45,020 nt of DNA from a virus (IMGVR_UViG_3300033508_000421:1-45020), one strand, 5' to 3'. Positions 38,314-45,020 are shown, counted from the stretch's first letter. A program made the numbers and translations. The notes: a model not told the origin generated them from the sequence alone.

Positions 38314-38748
38314 ATGAATAATTTGACATTAAAAGGAATTAGGGAAATTGCTGCACTTAATGATAATGATGCAGAATTGTTTTTAGAATATAATGATAAT
38401 TGGTCAGAAGAAAGTCCAGCCCATTTTGATAATGGGGATACAATTAAGGACTTATGGTTAAGAAGATTTGATGAATGGCTTAATGATAGTAATAATGATT
38501 GGATAAGAAAGTTTGTTGATGGATTGACTGATGGAAGTGAGATTTTAGAAAATGCTATTGAAATTATTGAAAATGAATTGAATAGTTGGATTTGGGACTA
38601 TGAATATGATATACAACTTGTATTGGACTTATATAAGGGAAATATGGAAGATTATATAATTTTTGGTGAGGATGATTGTGATGATGATTATTCTTTTGTA
38701 TCTTTGATATATTCTGCTTGTAATGATATGGGAATTGATTGTATATAG
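38314..38748 (+). CDS. Highly acidic hypothetical protein; likely start 38314
   Basis: ATG follows the shared TTAAACAATTTAAAAATAA leader; D/E- and W-rich. Confidence 0.8.
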   Translation: MNNLTLKGIREIAALNDNDAELFLEYNDNWSEESPAHFDNGDTIKDLWLRRFDEWLNDSNNDWIRKFVDGLTDGSEILENAIEIIENELNSWIWDYEYDIQLVLDLYKGNMEDYIIFGEDDCDDDYSFVSLIYSACNDMGIDCI

Positions 38749-38804
38749 TGGTATAAATATTCCACAAGAAATTTGAGTGTTAAACAATTTAAAAATAAGA
38801 AAAT

Positions 38805-39167
38805 ATGAAAAAAGAAATTAGGTCATTAGAAGAAGTAGTTGCTTACTTGAAAGAAGATTTAAGGGATCAAGAAAGGGAAATATTTGATATGTCAGATTAT
38901 GATATTAATAGGGTTGTTAGGGATTTTGATTCAGAAGAAGATGATATATCAGAAGAGCAAGAACAAGAAAATATTAAAAGAAATCTTATTTATTATAGGG
39001 ATTTCAATAATGTTGATTATATTACAGTTGATGAAGGTAATATTGTAATTACCTATAATAATGATGCTGAAATTGAATGGGATGATGATAATAATGATTT
39101 CAATATCACAAGAATTGAAGGGTATATGATTTACATTAACAATTTATTGGAAAAGATTACTATATAG
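38805..39167 (+). CDS. Highly acidic hypothetical protein
   Basis: DFDSEEDDISEEQEQE; flanked by junction elements. Confidence 0.8.
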   Translation: MKKEIRSLEEVVAYLKEDLRDQEREIFDMSDYDINRVVRDFDSEEDDISEEQEQENIKRNLIYYRDFNNVDYITVDEGNIVITYNNDAEIEWDDDNNDFNITRIEGYMIYINNLLEKITI

Positions 39168-39222
39168 TGGTATAGTTTTTCCACTGAAAAAATGAATATA
39201 AACAATTTAAAAATAAGAAAAT

Positions 39223-39531
39223 ATGAAAAAGATTTTATATGTATTTGACTTTGTAGATTTTATGGATCCTGACAATGATGAACAGTTAATAACTGGATGG
39301 AGTTGGGAAGTAATTGATATGGATATTTTGAAAGAAGAATATCTTGATAAAGATTTTGATGATGCTGATTTAGTTGATGCATTAGACCAGTATATAGATG
39401 ATACTTTTGAAGTATGGCCTCAAAATATCTATTATAGAGGTTTAGTTAATGGAAATGAAGATATGATGAGATTGGCTTTTGATGCTATAAAAGGTGAAAA
39501 CCTAAAAGTAAATTATACAATGTTAAATTAG
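39223..39531 (+). CDS. Highly acidic hypothetical protein
   Basis: D-rich; flanked by junction elements. Confidence 0.8.
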   Translation: MKKILYVFDFVDFMDPDNDEQLITGWSWEVIDMDILKEEYLDKDFDDADLVDALDQYIDDTFEVWPQNIYYRGLVNGNEDMMRLAFDAIKGENLKVNYTMLN

Positions 39532-39577
39532 TATATAGTGGTATAGTTTTTCCACATAAAAAAGAAATTTAAGAAAA

Positions 39578-40117
39578 ATGAAAATGGACAATTGGTTAAA
39601 GAAGGGGAAACAGTTCCAGGTGAAGGATGAATACTATACACCAAGAATACTTGTAGAACCCATTTTAAAGTATGTTAAAGAAGATAAAATTGTATGGTGT
39701 CCTTTTGATACTGATAAGTCCAATTTTGTTATTATGTTAAAGGAAAAGGGTATTAAAGTTATTTATGGTCATATATCTACTGGTCAAGATTTCTTTGAAT
39801 ATGAGCCAGATAATTATGATATGATTATTTCTAACCCACCTTTTTCTTTAAAGTTAAAAGTATTAGATAGATTGTATAAACTTGATAAGCCATTTGCTAT
39901 GGTGCTTGGATTACCTATTCTTAATTATCAAGAGATAGGTAATTTCTTTCTTGATAAACAACTACAACTTTTAATAGTAGATAAGAAAGTTAGTTTTGAT
40001 GGTAAGACAAGTAGTTTTAATAATTCTTACTTCTGCTATAATATGTTAGAAAGAGATTTAATGTTCCATCATTTAGAACATAATAATTCTGGAAGACATT
40101 TTAAAGGGTTTAATTGA
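39578..40117 (+). CDS. Small adenine-specific DNA methyltransferase
   Basis: DEYYTP, IVWCPFD (SAM binding), GQDFF, IISNPPFS (catalytic). Confidence 0.85.
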   Translation: MKMDNWLKKGKQFQVKDEYYTPRILVEPILKYVKEDKIVWCPFDTDKSNFVIMLKEKGIKVIYGHISTGQDFFEYEPDNYDMIISNPPFSLKLKVLDRLYKLDKPFAMVLGLPILNYQEIGNFFLDKQLQLLIVDKKVSFDGKTSSFNNSYFCYNMLERDLMFHHLEHNNSGRHFKGFN

Positions 40118-40311
40118 GGTTCAAAATAAAAGTTAATGTTAGGTATTACTTTAATAAAATAATGAAAGAAAAGGGGTTTAAAATGACAAAAAAAGAGATT
40201 ATAATAGACCATATTAATGTGGTGTTAAAACAAAAGAAAAAGTACTATACTTTTAATGAGTTTGTGGTTGATAGTGTAATGGACAAAGATAGGGCTCTTA
40301 TAGGGGTATAA
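40114..40311 (+). CDS. Small basic hypothetical protein (start uncertain, possibly 40162)
   Basis: Its stop codon lies within the last junction element. Confidence 0.45.
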   Translation: MRFKIKVNVRYYFNKIMKEKGFKMTKKEIIIDHINVVLKQKKKYYTFNEFVVDSVMDKDRALIGV

Positions 40312-40385
40312 TTTTTCCACAAAGAAATTTGATTTGAGAAAACCTTAAAACAAAAAATGAAATTTTATATATAATAATGTATTGG

Positions 40386-40459
40386 ATGATTAGTTATGGG
40401 GGGGATGTTGCAACTGAACCCCCATTTAATAGACTATTATTCAATCAAAAACTAATCAT
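40386..40459 (+). promoter_or_regulatory. Structured 5' leader (nested hairpins) of the 40466 gene
   Basis: ATGATTAGTT (40386-95) pairs with AACTAATCAT (40450-59); ATGGGGG (40396-402) pairs with CCCCCAT (40419-25). Confidence 0.55.
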
Positions 40460-40465
40460 ACAAAT

Positions 40466-41191
40466 ATGTCTGAACTATTTATTTACCACAAAGAAAAGAT
40501 TAAAGTAATTAATCCCCCCCATTACCAAAGATTTAATATAATTATTAAGAAATCTAATTTTAAGAAAAGGGTTTATCTTACTACATTATGGTTAAATGCA
40601 ATGCGTCATAAGTATATTGAATATTCTTATAAAGAAATTTATACTTATGTAAAACATCAAGGTTTAATGGAATTAGATGACCAATATATTTTAGATACAT
40701 TACATTATTGGAATGAAAAGAAACCAACCTGGAAAACTGAAACACACTATGAATGGAATCAACAAGAGTTGTTTAAATTATTTAAAACAAAAAGTGAAGT
40801 AAATAAATTTAAACATTCTATTAGAAATGAATATGGTGCAAAAAAGAAACACCAAAATAAAGTAGATTTAGTTTTAAATTTTTATAATTCAAATAAAGAA
40901 TTATATTATAGTGAATTAATAGAAAAACTTCAAAAAGATGTTTGTAAAAAAACAATAGATGTTATATTAAATGAAAATAATATAATTATTCAAGATAAAA
41001 GTAAATCATTTATTTTAATAGAAAGAAAATTAAATGACTTATTTAAGTATAGAATAAATACAAGTGACCCTAAAATTACTTATGAAATGCTTGCAAAATA
41101 TATAGGTGTAAGTTTAATTACATTAAAAAGGTTCTTTAAAGAAAATGAAATGTATAGGTTTAAAGTCAATAAACATAATGAAAACAAATAA
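40466..41191 (+). CDS. Basic DNA-binding protein with C-terminal HTH; candidate replication initiator
   Basis: KITYEMLAKYIGVSLITLKRFF HTH; flanked by a structured leader and a downstream inverted repeat. The Rep role is inference. Confidence 0.5.
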   Translation: MSELFIYHKEKIKVINPPHYQRFNIIIKKSNFKKRVYLTTLWLNAMRHKYIEYSYKEIYTYVKHQGLMELDDQYILDTLHYWNEKKPTWKTETHYEWNQQELFKLFKTKSEVNKFKHSIRNEYGAKKKHQNKVDLVLNFYNSNKELYYSELIEKLQKDVCKKTIDVILNENNIIIQDKSKSFILIERKLNDLFKYRINTSDPKITYEMLAKYIGVSLITLKRFFKENEMYRFKVNKHNENK

Positions 41192-41192
41192 T

Positions 41193-41293
41193 GAGTATCA
41201 TTTTTTGGAAAGTCAAGGGAATAAGTATTTATATTCTTAACTATTATAAATAATTAAAGTCATTACCACTTGACTTTCCACTTTTTGACACTC
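41193..41293. repeat. Imperfect 25-bp inverted repeat around a 51-bp AT-rich spacer
   Basis: GAGTATCATTTTTTGGAAAGTCAAG (41193-217) versus the reverse complement of 41269-293, GAGTGTCAAAAAGTGGAAAGTCAAG; inner 12 bp perfect. Confidence 0.85.
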
Positions 41294-41318
41294 AAAATAA
41301 AAAATAATAAAAAATAAC

Positions 41319-41522
41319 ATGGAAGAATTAAAATTAAACAAAGAACTATTCACATTACATAGTGTAAGTTGTGAGTATTCACCTTTAACCCTTCAAAAAG
41401 GAATATATAATCTTATAAAATCTAAAATTATTTATACTGATAGTTCTATTAGATTAACACTTGAAGGATTTGAAGGTTATTTAATGGCTGATTTATTTGA
41501 ATATGAAAATGCTATACTATGA
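41319..41522 (+). CDS. Hypothetical protein (67 aa)
   Basis: A-rich leader; coupled to the next ORF. Confidence 0.65.
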   Translation: MEELKLNKELFTLHSVSCEYSPLTLQKGIYNLIKSKIIYTDSSIRLTLEGFEGYLMADLFEYENAIL

Positions 41523-41653
41523 TTAATTATAAAGATTTTGGTGAAGAAGATGAAAATAATAGATATAAGTTTGATCTATTAGAAGCACAAAGAATCCTTT
41601 TGAAAGAAAGAAGATTAAAAATAAAATTATTAAAAAAGAAAATATTGATTTAA
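41519..41653 (+). CDS. Small protein (44 aa, below cutoff) ending RRLKIKLLKKKILI
   Basis: ATGA overlap upstream, and its stop abuts the next ATG. Confidence 0.65.
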   Translation: MINYKDFGEEDENNRYKFDLLEAQRILLKERRLKIKLLKKKILI

Positions 41654-41842
41654 ATGAAATATAAAGAAGATGATATATTTGATGAGTTAATGAATTCACA
41701 ACTTGATTATTTCAGGACATTAAGTAAGGATGAACTATTAGAAATGACTAATCTTCTTTTAAATGATTATAATATTAACCCTACTGATGATGTAAAGATT
41801 CAGTTAGAGTTCATATCAAAAATAATGAATGAAAGAGAATGA
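41654..41842 (+). CDS. Hypothetical protein (62 aa)
   Basis: Coupled on both sides. Confidence 0.65.
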   Translation: MKYKEDDIFDELMNSQLDYFRTLSKDELLEMTNLLLNDYNINPTDDVKIQLEFISKIMNERE

Positions 41843-42735
41843 TAGAACAAGTTCCAGCTAAATTCCAACTTAAAACAAACATAGAATACCCAAAAGGGAA
41901 TTATATTGTATTTGAAGAATGGTTTATGAATTATATGATTGATAATCAACCAGATACAAATGGTTATACTTACTTACCTATTATGTGGAATAGTTATTAC
42001 ATAGAAAAACATCATGGCAACATTTCAATGAGTGATTTACAACATTATTTAAATGAATTAGATACAAGTAAAAAATACTTTACAATTGTACAGCCAGATG
42101 ATGGTGTTCTACTTGATATAAAACATCTAGATATATTAGTTTTTGGTCAGTGTGGTGGTGGAATACTTTGGGAAACACAATTATTTCCTGAACCTAAAAA
42201 CATTGGTTATGCTATTCCTTTGAATTGTATGCCTACTAAAAAAATACAAAGAGATAAAGATATATTTGCTTCATTTATTGGTATGGTGAAGGGCAGACAT
42301 ATTTGTAGAGAAAAAATGGAAAAAGAATTAGGTAGTTATTGTTTTATTAAAGATACAGTAGGTGTTGAACATATCAATGGTAGTAATTATAATGAGTTTA
42401 TTGATGTAATGTCCAGAAGTATATTTAGTTTATCTCCGCGTGGTTATGGTGCAGCGTCATATAGAATTTGTGAATCATTACAACATGGTTCTATTCCTGT
42501 TTATATTTCAGATAGGTTATGGATCCCTTGGAAAGATGAATTTGATTTTAATGAAATTGGAATTAGTATTCATATTGATGATATTAAAGATTTGAAAAGT
42601 ATATTGTTTAGTAAAACAACTGATGATATAGAAAAATATTTAGAAAATGGTAAGAGAATATATAAGGAATATTTTGAATATGAAGGATGTGCTAAAAAAA
42701 TAATAGAGAAAATACAAAGTGAAAGAAATAATTGA
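41839..42735 (+). CDS. Exostosin-family (GT47-like) glycosyltransferase, full length
   Basis: KDIFASFIG, SRSIFSLSPRGYGAASYRICESLQHGSIPVYISDRLWIPW. Confidence 0.88.
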   Translation: MIEQVPAKFQLKTNIEYPKGNYIVFEEWFMNYMIDNQPDTNGYTYLPIMWNSYYIEKHHGNISMSDLQHYLNELDTSKKYFTIVQPDDGVLLDIKHLDILVFGQCGGGILWETQLFPEPKNIGYAIPLNCMPTKKIQRDKDIFASFIGMVKGRHICREKMEKELGSYCFIKDTVGVEHINGSNYNEFIDVMSRSIFSLSPRGYGAASYRICESLQHGSIPVYISDRLWIPWKDEFDFNEIGISIHIDDIKDLKSILFSKTTDDIEKYLENGKRIYKEYFEYEGCAKKIIEKIQSERNN

Positions 42736-43012
42736 AAATAATATAAGAGGTAGGGAAGTAATTATTGATAATCAAGTAATTAATTATAGGTTTCAGTATA
42801 ATAATTTTGATATTGATGGACACTTATTAACTTTCTTTTTTGATGATTTAGATAAGAAATTACAATATATTATTCATCAAAATGTTAGTGTAAAATATAC
42901 TAAAAGTATTATTGATTTTGTTTTTGAAACATATATTCCAAGTAAAATAACTGAGGATGTTAAGTTGTATATTAGAACTAAAAAAATAAAAAAGATACAA
43001 AATGAAATTTAG
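42719..43012 (+). CDS. Hypothetical protein ending RTKKIKKIQNEI
   Basis: Overlapping operon arrangement. Confidence 0.65.
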   Translation: MKEIIENNIRGREVIIDNQVINYRFQYNNFDIDGHLLTFFFDDLDKKLQYIIHQNVSVKYTKSIIDFVFETYIPSKITEDVKLYIRTKKIKKIQNEI

Positions 43013-43190
43013 GGTAGAAGAATATGAAGTTAAGGTATTAGAATGTATGTATCATTCAAATGAGTTTGAAGGGGTATATAACATACCATTAGTACTTGAT
43101 GAATATGATACACAAGAATCTATCAAAAGATCATTAATGACTTTATTAGGTAGTCCAGTTTTAGATATTTCATATACTAGGATCAAATGA
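43002..43190 (+). CDS. Hypothetical protein (62 aa)
   Basis: Last gene of the plus operon, convergent with 43170-43799. Confidence 0.6.
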   Translation: MKFRVEEYEVKVLECMYHSNEFEGVYNIPLVLDEYDTQESIKRSLMTLLGSPVLDISYTRIK

Positions 43191-43799
43191 GTTGTCCTTT
43201 GGTTTTTTATCATATGTAAAAAGTACATATTTATTTTCACCTGCAAGTTCTCTAACTTTATCAGGTGTTAAACCAGTACCTCTGGTGATATGTAGAAATT
43301 CTTTAATATAAATTGTTTCAACATCTTTTTTAAATTCAAGAGTTTCTATTTTATCTTGGATAAATAAATCAAGAATAAATTGTTTCATTTCATTTAATGT
43401 TTTAAAATAAAAACAGTAATACTGACAAGTATTTTCTTGAATATATTGTCTTCTATTCCTATTATAACTTTCAATTTGTTGTTTTCTTTTCTTTTCAAGT
43501 TGTTCTTCTGATTTAGGTTTTAACTTTCTTTCAGTAGCCAATCTTTCTTTATTTTTGTTGTACCAGTTATTCCCAAGAATTCTTTTCTTTTCTTTATGTT
43601 CTTTTTTAAGCCTTTCTTCCTCAGTCATTGTGCGTTCTTTATATTCTTTTTGTCTTAATAATACTTTTTCCCTGTTTCTATAATAATAATCAAGTGCTTT
43701 ATCTTTTCTTATTTTTCTATACTCTTCATCAGTATGATACTTTTTTGTTTTAGCATCATTATATTTTTTATAATTTGTCATTTTTGTTGTTTCCTTCAT
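43170..43799 (-). CDS. K/R/E-rich helical-repeat protein (YYxxNxE-type repeats)
   Basis: DYYYRNREKV, NWYNKNKERL and ESYNRNRRQY repeats like those in endonuclease-associated DNA-binding tails; no nuclease motif seen. Confidence 0.65.
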   Translation of the reverse strand: MKETTKMTNYKKYNDAKTKKYHTDEEYRKIRKDKALDYYYRNREKVLLRQKEYKERTMTEEERLKKEHKEKKRILGNNWYNKNKERLATERKLKPKSEEQLEKKRKQQIESYNRNRRQYIQENTCQYYCFYFKTLNEMKQFILDLFIQDKIETLEFKKDVETIYIKEFLHITRGTGLTPDKVRELAGENKYVLFTYDKKPKDNSFDPSI

Positions 43800-44220
43800 T
43801 ATAAAATAAACTTAAACTTACTGTTAAAATTGGTTCAGCATTATGATGTTTTTTACCCAAACAAATATAATTGTAATTTTGAGTGAATTCTCTTTTATAT
43901 ATTTCAGTTAGATAAGCCAATGCATTACCATCATCAAATTTTTTAGTGTCAAATTTCTTCCAATTTTGAAATAAATGCATATAAGCACCCATTTTACAGT
44001 CATAAAATTCATCTTCTTTGTTTCTGAAATATTTACTAAAAGGAATAGAAGCATTAGAATTAATTAAAAGTAACATAGATTCTAATTGTTTTGAACATTT
44101 TCCTTTTCCCTTTGATATTATTAAGTGTTTGAGTAAGAAGGTATTATCAATGTAATAATTAGATTTTTTAACTTTCTTTACTGGTTCAATAACTTTTTTT
44201 GTAATTTTCATATTAAACAT
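43768..44220 (-). CDS. T4 gp55-like late-transcription sigma factor
   Basis: NYYIDNTFLL..LIISKGKG...LESMLLLI...DCKMGAYMHLFQNWKKFDTKK..GNALAYLTEIYKREF matches the gp55 pattern YVxN...D....F(D/N)..K..N(P/A)(F/H)AY.T; 150 aa. Confidence 0.7.
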   Translation of the reverse strand: MFNMKITKKVIEPVKKVKKSNYYIDNTFLLKHLIISKGKGKCSKQLESMLLLINSNASIPFSKYFRNKEDEFYDCKMGAYMHLFQNWKKFDTKKFDDGNALAYLTEIYKREFTQNYNYICLGKKHHNAEPILTVSLSLFYNEGNNKNDKL

Positions 44221-44290
44221 TTAAACTTTTTTACCATATGGTTATATATATTATATATAGCTATTATAGTTAAAAATATAAGAAAAGATT

Positions 44291-45020
44291 ATGAAAATAG
44301 TAGAAGGAAATGTATGGTATGTGTATGGTCACTATGACCAAGAAGGTGTATTGAGGTATATAGGTAAAAGTGGTGTTCCAGAATATTTAAGGGCAAATAC
44401 TTATCATAAGAGAACTAAATGGTGGAATGAAATGTTTTCAATTAATAGACCACAAGTGAAAATTTTAAGAGATCATTTAAGTCATGAAGAAGCAAACAAA
44501 CTTGAACTTGCTTATATAAAATTGTATGGAAGAAGGGGTTTAGATGTAAATGGAATTTTAGTGAATAGAATATTTCCATACTGTTTGAAAACAGGTGAAT
44601 ACAATCCTGAATACTATTTACTATCAAAAGATATTTATAGAGATGCCCAATACAAGTGGATTGATAAGAATCAAGATCATATTAAAGAATATCAGAAGAA
44701 ATATTATCAAGAGAACAAAGATAAATTTAAACAAGTTTATATTAAAAGATTGGAAAGTGGAAAGATAGAAGAATATGTAAATAGACCAGAAGTTAAAGAA
44801 AAATTAAGAGAATATGGTAAGCAATATTATATTGATAATAAAGAAAAGATAAAAGAACAAGTTAGAATGTGGAGAAATATAGAAGAGAATAGGGATTATA
44901 AAAAGAATTATGATAAAACAAGAAGTGCTGTCAATAAAGAATATAGAGATAGACCTGAAAATAAAGAATATCAAAAGAAGTATCAAGCTGAATATAAGAA
45001 GAATATAGATCCAGAAGTAT
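44291..45020 (+). CDS. GIY-YIG family endonuclease (267 aa including the wrap to 95); missed by the ORF track
   Basis: WYVYGH...RYIGKS...RA...EEANKLELAYIKLYGR...LVN, then K/E/Y-rich helical repeats; no stop before the contig end. Confidence 0.85.
   Translation, partial: MKIVEGNVWYVYGHYDQEGVLRYIGKSGVPEYLRANTYHKRTKWWNEMFSINRPQVKILRDHLSHEEANKLELAYIKLYGRRGLDVNGILVNRIFPYCLKTGEYNPEYYLLSKDIYRDAQYKWIDKNQDHIKEYQKKYYQENKDKFKQVYIKRLESGKIEEYVNRPEVKEKLREYGKQYYIDNKEKIKEQVRMWRNIEENRDYKKNYDKTRSAVNKEYRDRPENKEYQKKYQAEYKKNIDPEV
45000..45020. repeat. Terminal direct repeat, copy 2
   Basis: Identical to 1-21. Confidence 0.95.

Larger units (their letters stand above)
34900..40321. repeat. Seven dispersed ~25-bp intergenic elements, consensus TATATAG(T/G)GGTAKARWWWTTCCACA
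   Basis: Copies at 34900-34924, 36923-36947, 38253-38277, 38742-38766, 39161-39185, 39532-39556 and 40299-40321. Confidence 0.85.

Noticed and set aside
34900-40321. CRISPR array
   Set aside because: The repeats are degenerate and separated by whole genes (about 0.35-2 kb), and no cas genes are present.
34900-40321. Classical integron attC cassettes
   Set aside because: No RYYYAAC...GTTRRRY ends or long imperfect hairpins, and the recombinase is too short to be IntI. A non-classical cassette role remains open as a finding.
30533-44986. Short ORFs 30533+, 31483-, 33093-, 36976-, 38014-, 38564-, 43052-, 44442- and 44804-
   Set aside because: They overlap better-supported genes on the opposite strand; the last two are shadows of the GIY-YIG gene.
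1-45020. Alternative genetic code (stop-codon reassignment), tRNA or rRNA genes
   Set aside because: The standard code gives dense, full-length hallmark genes, and I saw no cloverleaf or rRNA-like sequence by eye (a tRNAscan run would confirm).

Overview
The window looks like a complete, circular, very AT-rich tailed-phage genome of about 44,999 bp. Bases 1-21 equal bases 45000-45020, and a GIY-YIG ORF reads through that junction. The host is probably a Bacteroidota bacterium, judged from TTTG-N20-TAnnTTTG promoters and A-rich, mostly SD-less translation starts. A minus-strand block (about 2.6-31.3 kb) encodes a full siphovirus-type virion in scrambled order: TerS-like, tape measure, Clp-type protease/scaffold, capsid, major tail, sigma-like factor, holin-like proteins, a second major-tail paralogue with a large adhesin, TerL, a tail chaperone with a -1 frameshift, portal, neck proteins, tail-tip proteins and fibres. 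The plus-strand block (about 31.4-43.2 kb) holds two DNA methyltransferases, a putative origin with a sharp C-to-G skew switch, an array of small acidic genes separated by repeated elements, a candidate Rep/HTH gene and a GT47 glycosyltransferase. A short tyrosine recombinase lies at 138-749. The most unusual feature is that this small siphovirus carries traits I associate with T4-type or large phages: a gp55-like late sigma factor, TATATAA boxes before late genes, a recurring C-terminal RxxK[IL]xx[IL] motif and exostosin glycosyltransferases. I can recognise no DNA polymerase, primase, helicase, repressor or endolysin. One hypothesis is helper-dependence on, or heavy gene exchange with, a large phage. 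A scar at about 1.76 kb where two divergent genes both lack their 5' ends means a deletion or misassembly could also explain the missing genes. All family calls are by-eye motif recognition; no searches were run.
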